From Crocinitomicaceae bacterium (GTDB lineage Bacteria > Bacteroidota > Bacteroidia > Flavobacteriales_D > Sanyastnellaceae), in NCBI GenBank assembly GCA_042095055.1, contig JBELBZ010000007.1, positions 20,673-84,672 of the forward strand: a stretch of 64,000 bases of DNA, in the 5' to 3' direction. A program made the translations under genes and the position numbers. A model generated the notes under the pieces. That model was not told where the DNA came from, made no database searches, and was given only the letters and a program-made list of their open reading frames with translations. Each line of letters begins with the position of its first letter. Position 1 is the first letter of the stretch. Of this stretch, positions 10,461 to 20,507 are shown piece after piece.

Positions 10461-10489
10461 CCGCGGGTTATTCATTGTATAACCCCGCG
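10461..10489 (-). terminator. rpsO-pnp intergenic hairpin (attenuator/terminator or processing site)
   Basis: ccgcgggttat / ataaccccgcg forms an imperfect stem of about 10 bp with a 7-nt loop, located between the rpsO stop and the pnp start. Confidence 0.4.
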
Positions 10490-10538
10490 ACCGGATGCCC
10501 GTGCCGCAGGGTTGTAGCATATGCTTGGTTGGGGCGTA

Positions 10539-10808
10539 TCAGCGGCGGAGACCGAGGTCTTTGACGATGGCGCGATAACGCTCAATGTCCTTGCGCATGA
10601 GGTAGTCCAACAAGCGGCGGCGCTTTCCGACCAAGGTGATCAGAGAGCGCTGGGTGTTGACGTCTTTCCGGTTCTCCTTCAGGTGTCCTGTAAGGTGTGC
10701 AATTCGGAAGGAGAACATGGCGATCTGCCCTTCGGCGCTGCCAGTATCTTCAGCGTTCTTGCCATACTTGGCGAAGAACTCTTGTTTTTTCTCGGGTGTG
10801 AGGTACAT
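10539..10808 (-). CDS. rpsO: 30S ribosomal protein S15
   Basis: Start at ATG 10808: MYLTPEKKQEFFAKYGKNAEDTGSAEGQIAMFSFRIAHLTGHLKENRKDVNTQRSLITLVGKRRRLLDYL. Confidence 0.95.
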   Translation of the reverse strand: MYLTPEKKQEFFAKYGKNAEDTGSAEGQIAMFSFRIAHLTGHLKENRKDVNTQRSLITLVGKRRRLLDYLMRKDIERYRAIVKDLGLRR

Positions 10809-10854
10809 GTGGAAATCTCTTGGATGTTCGTTATGCTGCCTGGAATTCAGGGGT

Positions 10855-10885
10855 GCAAAAGTACGTTGGCGCCCGCGATTGGACA
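10855..10885 (-). promoter_or_regulatory. putative Bacteroidota sigma-A promoter for rpsO
   Basis: Minus sense reads TTG, then 20 nt, then TACTTTTG (fits TTG...TAnnTTTG). It lies about 50 nt upstream of the rpsO ATG. Confidence 0.4.
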
Positions 10886-10903
10886 AGCCTTACTGCAAGA
10901 CAA

Positions 10904-11815
10904 TCAGTCCATCAGCATGCCCACGAGGGTCGACAGCTCCTGTTGCAATTTGTTGCGGTGAACAATGCGGTCTACAAAACCGTGCTCCAGCAAGAATTCA
11001 GCGCGTTGAAAACCTGATGGGAGGTCCTTGCCAATGGTCTCTTTGACCACCCTTGGCCCTGCAAATCCGATGAGGGCATTGGGCTCGGCAATGTGGATGT
11101 CACCCAACATGGCAAAGGAGGCTGTAACTCCCCCAGTTGTAGGGTCGGTTAAGATGCAGACATAAGGCAGTCCTGCCTTGGCCAACAGGCTGAGCTTGGC
11201 GCTGGTCTTGGCCATTTGCATGAGCGAAAAGCCCGCCTCCATCATGCGGGCGCCGCCGGACTTCGTGATGCACACAAAGGGCAAGCCGTTTTTGATGGCG
11301 TAGTCAATGGCCCTGGCGATTTTTTCTCCGACCACCGATCCCATGGAGCCGCCGATGAAGCTGAAATCCATGCAGCTGATGACCATGGTTCTTCCCGCAA
11401 CCTCCCCTACTCCTGTGCGAAGGGCATCTTTCAGGTTGGTTTTCTCCATGGAAGAATTCAGCCGGTCTTCATAATCCTTGGTGTCTTTGAAATTGAGCGG
11501 ATTGGCTGAGGTCATTTTGGCCTGCAACTCCCTGAACTTTCCACCGTCAAACAAGAAGTTGAAATAGGCAGCTGACCCAATCCGTTCGTGATGGTCACAG
11601 TGGGCACACACCCACAGGTTGCCCTCGTGCTCCGGTGAAGCTATCACGGTTTTACAAGAGGGGCACTTGTACCAATTGCCTTCGGGAATTTCCTTCTTTT
11701 CGGCTGTTTTGGTGGTGATGCCCTCCTTCATTCGGCGGAACCATCCCAGTCCACCGGCTTCGGTGTTCTCGGCTTCTTTGGGTTGGGCCTTGGCCTGCTG
11801 GTCTTTGTCTGCCAT
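10904..11815 (-). CDS. accD: acetyl-CoA carboxylase carboxyltransferase beta subunit
   Basis: Zn ribbon [26 protein letters not shown]; [13 protein letters not shown]; [16 protein letters not shown]. Start set at ATG 11815 (MADKDQQ...). Confidence 0.9.
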   Translation of the reverse strand: MADKDQQAKAQPKEAENTEAGGLGWFRRMKEGITTKTAEKKEIPEGNWYKCPSCKTVIASPEHEGNLWVCAHCDHHERIGSAAYFNFLFDGGKFRELQAKMTSANPLNFKDTKDYEDRLNSSMEKTNLKDALRTGVGEVAGRTMVISCMDFSFIGGSMGSVVGEKIARAIDYAIKNGLPFVCITKSGGARMMEAGFSLMQMAKTSAKLSLLAKAGLPYVCILTDPTTGGVTASFAMLGDIHIAEPNALIGFAGPRVVKETIGKDLPSGFQRAEFLLEHGFVDRIVHRNKLQQELSTLVGMLMD

Positions 11816-11837
11816 AAGGTGCAAATTTAGTCCAGCT

Positions 11838-14147
11838 TCAAAAGGGCAAGGATATGGCTGGATGAATCCGCCAACCGGTAAGCGTGGATTGTGCGCCATT
11901 GGGCCATCTCACAGGCCTTCCTGCGTCACAGCGGAGCATGAAGTACCCGAAATCAAGTCGGATTCCCCCGCCGCATGCGATGGCCATTTGCGATAGAAAT
12001 GTGGCCGCATTGAATTCCACATCTGCCAAGTCCGGATCTGGCCGCGTCATCCATATGTTGCCGGCGTCGGTAAACAAGGCGCATTGAATCCAGTCGTTGA
12101 TGTACCGCCTCAATTCGATGTTGGCCTCAATGCGGATGTCACCTCTGACCCTGAGGCTCGCATTGCTGGAACCGCCCGGTCCGAGACTCAAGGCTTGCCA
12201 ACCCCTCATGCTGTTTGGACCTCCAACGTAAAACTGTTTCTCCAAGGGGACAGCAACGTTGTCGATGGAGGAGGCAGCGACGCCCACAACGCAACGTCCA
12301 AAAATGCCGTTTTTGCCTTTGGGCGTCCACCCTGCCCGTAAATCCGCCATCCACCGCGTATAGCGGGCTACTTGGACGTCTCTGGATTGTGCGAAGGCGC
12401 TTGGCAATCGGATGTTCGTCTCTTCCGGGGCATCCTTGTGAAGGAGGTGGAACAAGTTTCCAGAACCTTCAAACTCGACATCGACGCTCCATTGAAGAGG
12501 TGACCGCTTGTCCAACTTCGATCTCAACCGCCAACGTATGCCCGAGCTGAACAGCGCTCGTGGTTCGAAAGATGAAGTCAGAAAGTCCGACTGCAAGCTG
12601 TCCAGATCGGCCACAAAAACAGGCTCCAATTGGCTGGATGTGAAGGCCACTTCAAAGGGCCTCAACTCTATACTGGAACCCGTCGCTGGGTTTTCGATGA
12701 ACTGCTCTACCAATCCAAGTTGGATGTAGGTTCTGCTGAATTTCACACGGTCTTCATCGCGAATGGTCAGCGATATTCGGCTTTCTGGCTTGTTGGACTT
12801 CGAAAAGCTTTTGGCGCCGAAAGGAATGAGTCGGTTTGTCCGGTAAATCAAGCCTGCACTCAGAATGCGGGAATTCAAGGCGCCGCTTGCTCCACCATCA
12901 TTGACCAGGTCCAGTCCATAAGGCTGCACAGATTCCAGACCGAGACCGAGTTCAAGAGACAGTTGTTCTGCGCGTTTTCGGAAGTCTTGATCGGACAACG
13001 ACAGGGCCACTTCTCCCCCCACCCCTTGCCGTTGGGTCACCGCGCCGTTTACCTTCATGACCCTCCTTTCCGAAGGGTAGGCATCCATATGGATGTGCAA
13101 GGGCGTGTATGGTTGCGGCTCGACCTGGTCCATCGTTGTGATCCCCACCCGCAAGTCTTGCACCAGGGGCAGCTGGCGAATGGCCTGTCGCGTTTGCGCC
13201 AATTTCAGTGGAGTAAACAAGCCCCCTTGTTCTATGCGCATGAAGTGGCTGAGACCTCGGATGTCCCGTGCGATAGGCACCCTCCATTGAATCCCATCTA
13301 TGTCCCTGGTTTCCATGGGTTCCAATTGAACAGGGTGCCAGTGGAAGCTGATGCTGTCAATCTGCCCTTTGCGGTGCGGCACCATGAGTCCATCAAATTG
13401 TGCGGGGGCTATTCGCAAGTCGAGGTCCACACATCTGCTGGATCGGCTCTCGGTGGTGTCTATTTCAATCGAGAAAAACCCGGAGGTGAGTCCAAACCAG
13501 CCCTCTTGCTGGAGCCTTTTTGCGAACCGGTCGCGCTCTCGATCCAAGGCGTCGAGCTCCAGTGGGCGCCCTTCCCACATCTTCCATTCTTTTTCAATGG
13601 CTGCGACCTGCAGGCGAGGTAGCCCGCTGCCATCTGCATTGACTCGTGCATTGCAGCAGCGTTGCCGCTGTCCCGGATTCAGAATGATCACCAAGCTGAC
13701 GTGTTGGCCTTTCATGGTGGTATCCAAGGAGACCTCAGCGTCCAAGTATCCGCTGCGCAGCATTCGCGACTCCAAAAGGGCGCGGTTTTGGCCCAGTAAA
13801 TTGCTGTCAAATGGAGAGGCCGTTCCCGCAGGCACAGGCTGAGCAGCATCTACGGCCTTTTGCCACCTGCCATTGAACTTGGCCCAAAGGTGCCTCCAAG
13901 GAATTCCTGCCAACCGTTCTGGTGGCTGCACTGCCAATCCGCCTTGGAGCAGGGACTGCCACTGGGCGAGGTCCGTTTCGATTGAATCTTCGCTTGAGGC
14001 CAGCCGCCATTCGATGTTCCAAACCAGGGGCTCCCCTGTGTCTACAGTGCTATTGTCTTGTCCCAGAAGTTCTGCATTCGGCCACAGGAATGCCCAAAGT
14101 GCCAAGGAGAAGGCCCATCTTGCATAGAAACGGGGGACGCGGAACAT
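11838..14147 (-). CDS. Omp85/BamA-TamA family outer-membrane protein
   Basis: Start at internal ATG 14147, giving the signal peptide [31 protein letters not shown]-terminal barrel with [11 protein letters not shown] and terminal ...[11 protein letters not shown]. The 220-codon upstream extension of the track ORF overlaps the TrmH-like gene and looks non-coding. Confidence 0.75.
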   Translation of the reverse strand: MFRVPRFYARWAFSLALWAFLWPNAELLGQDNSTVDTGEPLVWNIEWRLASSEDSIETDLAQWQSLLQGGLAVQPPERLAGIPWRHLWAKFNGRWQKAVDAAQPVPAGTASPFDSNLLGQNRALLESRMLRSGYLDAEVSLDTTMKGQHVSLVIILNPGQRQRCCNARVNADGSGLPRLQVAAIEKEWKMWEGRPLELDALDRERDRFAKRLQQEGWFGLTSGFFSIEIDTTESRSSRCVDLDLRIAPAQFDGLMVPHRKGQIDSISFHWHPVQLEPMETRDIDGIQWRVPIARDIRGLSHFMRIEQGGLFTPLKLAQTRQAIRQLPLVQDLRVGITTMDQVEPQPYTPLHIHMDAYPSERRVMKVNGAVTQRQGVGGEVALSLSDQDFRKRAEQLSLELGLGLESVQPYGLDLVNDGGASGALNSRILSAGLIYRTNRLIPFGAKSFSKSNKPESRISLTIRDEDRVKFSRTYIQLGLVEQFIENPATGSSIELRPFEVAFTSSQLEPVFVADLDSLQSDFLTSSFEPRALFSSGIRWRLRSKLDKRSPLQWSVDVEFEGSGNLFHLLHKDAPEETNIRLPSAFAQSRDVQVARYTRWMADLRAGWTPKGKNGIFGRCVVGVAASSIDNVAVPLEKQFYVGGPNSMRGWQALSLGPGGSSNASLRVRGDIRIEANIELRRYINDWIQCALFTDAGNIWMTRPDPDLADVEFNAATFLSQMAIACGGGIRLDFGYFMLRCDAGRPVRWPNGAQSTLTGWRIHPAISLPF

Positions 14148-14907
14148 GCCTACGAAGAACGAGATTCTAGCCGTGCGGGCCTTGAGGAACCGCAAAACAC
14201 GCTCTGAAGAGCGCAAATTTGTCGTGGAAGGACTGAAGGGTGTGGAGGAAGCCTTGTCCAGTGGTTGGTTGGTCCATGGCTTGTATGGCACAGCAGATTG
14301 CAGGGCCCCTGAAGATTGGGAGGCGGAACGGGTGTCCACCAAAGACATGTCCCGGATGAGCACACTGAAGGCACCACCGGGAATTCTGGCCGTGATGGGC
14401 ATGCCAGAAGAAGGCGACACAGAACCGGACGTGGAAGATCCTGCGGCCTTTGCCTTGGCCATTGATGGACTCTCTGATCCAGGCAACCTCGGTACGATCA
14501 TCCGCACCGCTGATTGGTTTGGTGTCTCGGGCATTTGGATTTCACACGGCTCGGTCGACCCTTTCAACCCCAAGGTGGTGCAAGCCACGATGGGGGCGAT
14601 TTTCCGGTTGCCCATCTGGTCGGTTGACCTCCCAGTCACCTTGCACAAACTCTCCGCCCAAGGAGTGTCAATCCAAGGCTTGGAGCTTGCCGGAGAATCG
14701 CTTTGGGAGCGCGAGAAGAGAACTCCCCCCGCCGCGAGGGTGGCAGTGGTGGGCAGTGAAAGCCACGGTCTTTCTGAAGAGGTGCGAAAAGTGTGTTCAG
14801 AGTTCATTCACATACCCGGTGGAGGACAGTCTGAATCCCTCAACGCATCTATGGCAGCAGGCATTGTGATGGCGGCTTGGCACAGCACGACCCTCAAGGA
14901 TGGGTGA
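14146..14907 (+). CDS. TrmH/SpoU-family RNA 2'-O-methyltransferase
   Basis: LSDPGNLGTIIRTADWFGV, VVGSESHGLSEEV, IPGGGQSESLNASMAAGIVM. Confidence 0.8.
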   Translation: MPTKNEILAVRALRNRKTRSEERKFVVEGLKGVEEALSSGWLVHGLYGTADCRAPEDWEAERVSTKDMSRMSTLKAPPGILAVMGMPEEGDTEPDVEDPAAFALAIDGLSDPGNLGTIIRTADWFGVSGIWISHGSVDPFNPKVVQATMGAIFRLPIWSVDLPVTLHKLSAQGVSIQGLELAGESLWEREKRTPPAARVAVVGSESHGLSEEVRKVCSEFIHIPGGGQSESLNASMAAGIVMAAWHSTTLKDG

Positions 14908-15919
14908 CTGGCCCACTGCGGGCTGAACCTTCGCGGTAAATTTCACAAGCCATGCGGGTGAGGGTGTTGCGCCCTAACCCTTCTCCCAACACCCCAAGTT
15001 CGACTTCAATCCATGCGATCCGGTCAAGGAAGCTTTCGGACAAACCAGAGAAATCTCCTGTATCCAAAGCCTGTTGGGCTTCATGTGCCCATTGCCCAGA
15101 GATTCCCATGGATTCCATGGCGTCGTCTACACGTTGGGCATAGGATTCCCAGCCAGCTCGGTCGTTGGCGCAATCCACCGATTCAATGGCAACACCCTCA
15201 GCAATCCGGACGGTTCCTTTCCAGCCTTCAAGGCCGATGCGCATGCTCCGCTCATCGTCCTTTTCTGTCTTGATGCCGTCGAGCCTTTCCTTGATGAGCA
15301 ACATGTCGCAGGGGTTCACGTCGTACCGCACCACAAGTGGACGGACCAGGCCTGTTAGGACTTGCGGCCCTAAGCGGTCTCCTCCCCTTGCTTTGGCCAA
15401 CATTTTGAGCAAGCCTACATGGGTCTCGTCACGCCCTTGTTTCGCACGGCCTGGTCCTTGTGCAATCCAAACTTGACCTCCCCGATCTGTGATATCAGCT
15501 ATGCGTTCGCTGATGGCCTTGTGTTGGTCAAAGGCCGACCGGCCGGAAAGACTGCGGTCTATGAAAATGGCTTTATTGGCCTCCATCAAAGTCTTGACCC
15601 AAGGCAGACGCGCCAAATTGCTTCCGAGGACAATGTGGGTGGTGCTGAGTCCTGCATCGAAGCGGGCCATGTTGTACAATGCCGGGTCGCAGACGATGTC
15701 CCTGTGCGTGCTGATGCGGATTCCGGGCTCATCCGCAGGCTGCATGGTGGCTTCAATGCCCGCCGTTGTATTGGCGGTGACCCAGCGCATGAAGGGAACA
15801 CTCCATTCTGCTTGAATGTCCTTGGGTGCAGATGGCAACTCCAGTCCCTTGGCCCGCAGATAATGCTGAATCCTCTTGATTTCGGGAAGCTGATCCAAGG
15901 AAATAGCCGTTTCCGCCAT
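14894..15919 (-). CDS. PlsC-like glycerolipid/lysophospholipid acyltransferase family protein
   Basis: THRDIVCDPA motif, resembling the NHRDIVLD variant of Bacteroidota acyltransferases, followed by a ...WIAQGPGRAK... segment. Start at ATG 15919; the track ORF begins at TTG 15937. Confidence 0.5.
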   Translation of the reverse strand: MAETAISLDQLPEIKRIQHYLRAKGLELPSAPKDIQAEWSVPFMRWVTANTTAGIEATMQPADEPGIRISTHRDIVCDPALYNMARFDAGLSTTHIVLGSNLARLPWVKTLMEANKAIFIDRSLSGRSAFDQHKAISERIADITDRGGQVWIAQGPGRAKQGRDETHVGLLKMLAKARGGDRLGPQVLTGLVRPLVVRYDVNPCDMLLIKERLDGIKTEKDDERSMRIGLEGWKGTVRIAEGVAIESVDCANDRAGWESYAQRVDDAMESMGISGQWAHEAQQALDTGDFSGLSESFLDRIAWIEVELGVLGEGLGRNTLTRMACEIYREGSARSGPVTHP

Positions 15920-15982
15920 GTGCGCAAAGGAAAGCAAGGTGTATCAATCGCCCCGCCCGCTTCCATGGTTTAATCTTGCACC

Positions 15983-17272
15983 ATGACGTTTGCAGAGCTC
16001 AAGGTCACCCGACAATACCTCGATGCCCTCGGGGATATGGGGATTGTGGAGCCGACAGAGATACAATCCAAGGCCATTCCCCGGATTCGCGCTGGGCAGG
16101 ATGTCATTGGAATTGCGCAGACAGGGACAGGAAAGACCCTGGCCTTTTTGTTGCCTGTGATGGCGATGCTGTCCCACGCACAAGGAAAGGGACCTCGTTG
16201 TGTGATCTTGACCCCTGCCAAGGAGCTCGCCCTTCAAATCGCCGATGTGGCCAAAAGACTGGCTGCCAATACAGACCTGAGGGTTGAGGTCGTATACGGG
16301 GGCGTCGGCCACAGGGCACAACAGGAGCGAATGGAGTCGGGAACCGATTTGGTGGTGGCTACACCTGGCAGGTTCATGGAGCTCTACCTCCGAAATGCCT
16401 TCGTGACCAAGAACATTGAACACCTTGTGTTGGATGAAGCGGACCGCATGATGGATTTGGGATTCATGCCCCAGCTCCGCAAGCTGTTGGAGATCCTTCC
16501 AAACAAGCGACAAAACCTCCTTTTTTCAGCCACATACCCCCCCAAGACGGAGGAAATGGCGGGTGAATTCTTGCTCTGGCCTACCCGTGTCGAAGCCTCA
16601 CCTCAATCAACGCCGGTTGAAACCATCACCCAGAGTGCTTTTCGGGCTCCGAATTTCGGAACGAAGCTGAACCTGCTCGTAGAGATCCTGGGTCGGGATG
16701 ATGCGCCCGAGCAAGCTCTCATCTTTGTGCGGGAAAAAGACCAAGCCGAAAGGATTGGACAAGCCATCCACGATGGTGTATCGTGGTCCGTAAAAACACT
16801 GCACGCCAACAAAGGGCAGAACAGCCGCATCAATGCCATGGAGGACTTTAAGTCCGGGGAGTTGCGCTACTTGGTGGCTACCGATGTAGCGAGCAGGGGC
16901 ATTGATGTCCCGCAATTGGACTTGGTTGTCAACGTGACCGTTCCTCGAGATCCGCACGATTACATCCACAGAATTGGGCGGACAGGCCGGGCGAAGCGAA
17001 AGGGTCAAGCCATCACTTTGGTCGACCCGAGCGAAAAAGCGGCATTGCTCCGTGTCGAGGAACTGCTGGGTGTTCCCTTGAATTTCAAGCCCGTACCGGA
17101 CGGCGTCGCTGAGGTGGCCACACCGAAGTGGGAAGCCCAAGCGATGGCCCGCTCCATTGACCGAGAAAAGCGCAAGGCCGACCCCACCTTCAAAGGGGCT
17201 TTTCATGAAAAAAAGCGCAAGCCATTTTCCAAAGGGAGGAATGCTTCGGGGCGGTCTGGAAAACGCCGTTAA
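15983..17272 (+). CDS. DEAD-box ATP-dependent RNA helicase
   Basis: AQTGTGKT, VLDEADRMMD, SAT, HRIGRTGRA, and a basic C-terminal tail. Confidence 0.9.
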   Translation: MTFAELKVTRQYLDALGDMGIVEPTEIQSKAIPRIRAGQDVIGIAQTGTGKTLAFLLPVMAMLSHAQGKGPRCVILTPAKELALQIADVAKRLAANTDLRVEVVYGGVGHRAQQERMESGTDLVVATPGRFMELYLRNAFVTKNIEHLVLDEADRMMDLGFMPQLRKLLEILPNKRQNLLFSATYPPKTEEMAGEFLLWPTRVEASPQSTPVETITQSAFRAPNFGTKLNLLVEILGRDDAPEQALIFVREKDQAERIGQAIHDGVSWSVKTLHANKGQNSRINAMEDFKSGELRYLVATDVASRGIDVPQLDLVVNVTVPRDPHDYIHRIGRTGRAKRKGQAITLVDPSEKAALLRVEELLGVPLNFKPVPDGVAEVATPKWEAQAMARSIDREKRKADPTFKGAFHEKKRKPFSKGRNASGRSGKRR

Positions 17273-17670
17273 TGCTCCCACACGGGCTGAACCACCCCGT
17301 CCCGTTCCAATCTGTACCCTGTATCATACACCCAGACTTCAGTCCCCCCATCACTGACGTGTTTGACATGGGTGTGGTACTCAAAGGCAAAGCCCTTGTC
17401 GCGCAGCCACTGCATCCCCCCGATATCGGACATGGTAGGGGCGCTGGCATGCCAGTCCTTAAATGCCCTGAGTATGCTGTGGTTGCGGTCGAGTATCCTT
17501 CCTACGGCATTTTGATGCGGCCGTGCGTGGTAAACAGCTGGCATTTTTGAGCGCATTTTTCGCTGTTGTCCGGGATAGGTAGAGAAGCAATACTCCGAAC
17601 AGAAGTCGCCGGTGTATGGGGCTGCTTTGTATGGTTCAATACGGGCTTTACAGGCCAAACATTTGGTCAT
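17269..17670 (-). CDS. hypothetical protein with N-terminal Cys4 zinc-ribbon-like motif
   Basis: ATG 17670: MTKCLACKARIEPYKAAPYTGDFCSEYCF... No family recognised. Confidence 0.4.
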   Translation of the reverse strand: MTKCLACKARIEPYKAAPYTGDFCSEYCFSTYPGQQRKMRSKMPAVYHARPHQNAVGRILDRNHSILRAFKDWHASAPTMSDIGGMQWLRDKGFAFEYHTHVKHVSDGGTEVWVYDTGYRLERDGVVQPVWEH

Positions 17671-17767
17671 AGTGATGCGAATCTGACGCAATCAAATAAA
17701 GTCCTGTGTGAAACACGATTTCACCAGCTGTTCATTCGTCACTGTTCGTCTTTCCTTTGTCTGTGAC

Positions 17768-18937
17768 ATGAATGATGTGATGACAGTGGGCGTTGTTGGC
17801 GCCGGAACGATGGGGCGGGGCATCGCCCAAGTGGCTGCTGCTGCAGGCCACAAGGTCCATTTGTTGGATAGAAATCTTGCTGTGCTCAAGGATGCACAAT
17901 CGTTTTTGGCCAAAATCCAAGACCGTTCTGTGTCCAAAGGGCGGATCTCCAGGCAAGATGCCGATGCCTTACTCGAACGCATCTCGTCCACGCAGGAGGT
18001 GTCAGACATGGCTGGGTGCGGTCTTGTAATTGAAGCCATTGTAGAGCGGGCCGACATCAAAGAAGCATTGTTTTCTGAGCTCGAATCTGTCGTCTCAAAA
18101 GGTTGTGTATTGGCCTCCAACACCTCTTCCCTATCGGTTACAGCATTGGCGGCCTCCCTGAAACATGCTGACCGCTTTGTCGGCCTTCACTTTTTTAATC
18201 CAGCACCCTTAATGCCGCTGGTTGAAGTGATTCCAGCGTTGCAAAGCCGGGCTGGTCTTTCGGATGAAATGTTGGTGCTGATGCAGCAATGGGGCAAACA
18301 ACCCGCTGTAGCCAAAGACACGCCAGGTTTTATCGTCAACCGCGTGGCCCGTCCGTTTTACGGTGAGGCCATCCGCATGCTGGAGGAAGGCTTTGCCGAT
18401 GTGCCGACCATTGATTGGGCCATGACGTCATTGGGAGGGTTCAAAATGGGCCCATTCGAACTCATGGATTTGATCGGCAATGACGTCAACTATGCCGTCA
18501 CAGAAAGTGTCTGGACCGCGTTTTACTTTGACCCGCGTTACAAGCCCTCTTTTGCGCAAAAGCGCAATGTGGACGCAGGCTGGCTTGGCCGAAAGACAGG
18601 TCAGGGGTGGTACGATCACGACGAGGGTGCCGACCAGCCCGTTGCGCGCATGGACAAAGACTTGGGTCAAGACATTTTGTGGCGCATCCTGGTGATGTTG
18701 ATCAATGAGGCTGCAGATGCCGTGTTCTGGGGCGTGGCTTCGGCCCAGGATGTCGACAAGGCGATGCGCGGGGGCGTCAACTACCCCAAGGGGTTGCTGG
18801 AATGGGCTGAGGAAGTGGGCCTCGACCGCTGCGTTGCTGCACTGGACGAACTTCGCGACACTTATGGAGAGGACCGCTATCGCTGCAGTCCATTGTTGAG
18901 GACCCGGGCCAAAGAAGGCAGAAGCCTGTTTGCCTGA
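17768..18937 (+). CDS. 3-hydroxyacyl-CoA (3-hydroxybutyryl-CoA) dehydrogenase, long form
   Basis: Rossmann VGVVGAGTMGRGIAQVAA; HFFNPAPLMPLVEVI; PGFIVNRVARPF; duplicated C-terminal helical domain. Start at ATG 17768. Confidence 0.85.
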   Translation: MNDVMTVGVVGAGTMGRGIAQVAAAAGHKVHLLDRNLAVLKDAQSFLAKIQDRSVSKGRISRQDADALLERISSTQEVSDMAGCGLVIEAIVERADIKEALFSELESVVSKGCVLASNTSSLSVTALAASLKHADRFVGLHFFNPAPLMPLVEVIPALQSRAGLSDEMLVLMQQWGKQPAVAKDTPGFIVNRVARPFYGEAIRMLEEGFADVPTIDWAMTSLGGFKMGPFELMDLIGNDVNYAVTESVWTAFYFDPRYKPSFAQKRNVDAGWLGRKTGQGWYDHDEGADQPVARMDKDLGQDILWRILVMLINEAADAVFWGVASAQDVDKAMRGGVNYPKGLLEWAEEVGLDRCVAALDELRDTYGEDRYRCSPLLRTRAKEGRSLFA

Positions 18938-18947
18938 GGGTTGTTGA

Positions 18948-19631
18948 TCAGCATTCTGTGCCAAAAGCACTCAACAGCTGTAGCACATCAGAAACGGTCA
19001 CTGCGCCATCGCCATTGACATCGGCTGAACAGCTCTCAAGACAACCAAAGTCTGAAAGCAGCACCAAAACGTCGGACACGCTGATCAGCAGGTCTCCGTT
19101 GAGATCCAAGGGACATGAGGCTTCTTCCGGACTGAGGATGCCATCGCAATTGTTGTCCACACCGCTGGCATTGGCTGGGGCGCCAGGGAACACCTCGGAA
19201 TTGTTGTCGTCACAGTCGCAAACGGTGGTCTCCCCGTCTCCATCCATGTCCACGATGCCCGCACAGGTTTCGAAATCTGCCTGGCAATTCGCCAAAACAC
19301 AAGCTTCGCAGTCCGCGGTGCTTCCGAAACCACACACGAGCAGACAGTTGTTCTGAGCGCAGACGCTTTGCTCCGCAAAGCAGCCCACACAACCCGTGCT
19401 CATCGTGGGAATGCCCGCTGCGATGCAACTGGCAAAGCAACTTTGGAGGTCCCCAGCAAAAATGCAGTCAAAGCCGCATGAGAATACCGCGTCGTTGACC
19501 AGGTCACCTTCATTGCACAGCAAATTGAAGTCCAGCGAGTCACATTGTGCTTCCATGGATTGCGGGACGGTCCACAGCCCAAGCAACATCAAGAATGGAA
19601 TGCAGTTAAAGAGGCTTGAATATTGGCTCAT
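18948..19631 (-). CDS. secreted Cys-rich protein with MopE-like metal-binding motif and dockerin-like C-terminal module
   Basis: Signal-like MSQYSSLFNCIPFLMLLGLWTVPQSMEAQ; about 20 Cys in the next 100 aa; DMDGDGETTVCDCDDNNSEVFPGAPANASGVDNNCDG; ends with the double DxDGDG module. Confidence 0.6.
   Translation of the reverse strand: MSQYSSLFNCIPFLMLLGLWTVPQSMEAQCDSLDFNLLCNEGDLVNDAVFSCGFDCIFAGDLQSCFASCIAAGIPTMSTGCVGCFAEQSVCAQNNCLLVCGFGSTADCEACVLANCQADFETCAGIVDMDGDGETTVCDCDDNNSEVFPGAPANASGVDNNCDGILSPEEASCPLDLNGDLLISVSDVLVLLSDFGCLESCSADVNGDGAVTVSDVLQLLSAFGTEC
18951..19115 (-). other. dockerin-like 4-Cys double DxDGDG C-terminal module
   Basis: CPLDLNGDLLISVSDVLVLLSDFGCLESCSADVNGDGAVTVSDVLQLLSAFGTEC, then stop. 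Confidence 0.8.
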
Positions 19632-19655
19632 GTGGTATAAACAAAAATCCAAACT

Positions 19656-20507
19656 TCAGGTTCGGTCGAGCAACCGGGTGCCTCCTTGGTCGAGGACTTC
19701 ACCCGCTTTTTGGATATCTGAAGGGTGGGTTAAATCCAGGAAGGCTCCGGCCAAAGGCAGGGCTTGCATTTGCCCACCGCTCTTGAGGAACAGTGAGACG
19801 GCCTCGGGAAGCTCGCGCTCCCTTCGCACAGGATGTTCCGGAACATTTCGCACGGCGTCCAACAAGGGGGCGTAGGGCAACCTGAAGTAGTTCATGCTGA
19901 CCCTGGGCTGGCCATCGCCCCAACGCGATGCGTTGACTTCTGCTGCGGTGGGCTTTTCAATGATGCCCGTGAGCTTTCCCCCTTGGTCAGCTTGCAGCAC
20001 TGCAAAGGCCAGCACCCGCTCTTGTGGCAGTCCGAGAAAACGCGGGTCAAAGGCCGGCAGTACAGCGTCGTGCTCGAACAGCGCCCTGAACATGCCCCGT
20101 GGCGGCAGGTTGTCTCCGTTGGCGATGGTGATGCTGTTGTTGGACCATTGAGGGTTGGCCTCAAGTGCCAATTGCACAGCATGTGCTGTCCCCAGCGGTT
20201 TCTTGCGTCCAGAAGGAATGGATTGCCGCACATAGGTCAAGGCCATCCCGGCGATGGGATGGACGTCAAAGTGGGCCTGGGTGATGGTGTCCTCTTGTGC
20301 AATGACCAAGCAGGCTTCGGTGCACCCCTCTTCCCTGAGCTGCATCAACAAGTGTTCTATGAGCGGCTTGGCATCTGTACCAATGCGGATCATCGCTTTT
20401 GGCCTGGATCGCGCTTCATTGAGAATGTTTTGGGGCTCGTTTGAGGCGGCCTTCATTCTGCTCCCCCTTCCGGCGGCCATGATGACGGTGGGATTCAACC
20501 TTGACAT
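19656..20507 (-). CDS. sugar-1-phosphate nucleotidyltransferase family protein
   Basis: Start ATG 20507: MSRLNPTVIMAAGRGSRMK (GxGxR loop). Overlaps the upstream GHMP kinase stop by 13 nt. Confidence 0.7.
   Translation of the reverse strand: MSRLNPTVIMAAGRGSRMKAASNEPQNILNEARSRPKAMIRIGTDAKPLIEHLLMQLREEGCTEACLVIAQEDTITQAHFDVHPIAGMALTYVRQSIPSGRKKPLGTAHAVQLALEANPQWSNNSITIANGDNLPPRGMFRALFEHDAVLPAFDPRFLGLPQERVLAFAVLQADQGGKLTGIIEKPTAAEVNASRWGDGQPRVSMNYFRLPYAPLLDAVRNVPEHPVRRERELPEAVSLFLKSGGQMQALPLAGAFLDLTHPSDIQKAGEVLDQGGTRLLDRT

Noticed and set aside
12630-13622. 330-aa plus-strand ORF
   Set aside because: It is a shadow ORF antisense to the Omp85-like gene, with no recognisable motifs.
14148-14807. 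220-codon N-terminal extension of track ORF 11838..14807
   Set aside because: The extension is Ser/Pro/Ala-rich low-complexity sequence. It overlaps the well-supported TrmH-like gene on the other strand. The internal ATG at 14147 yields a proper signal peptide.
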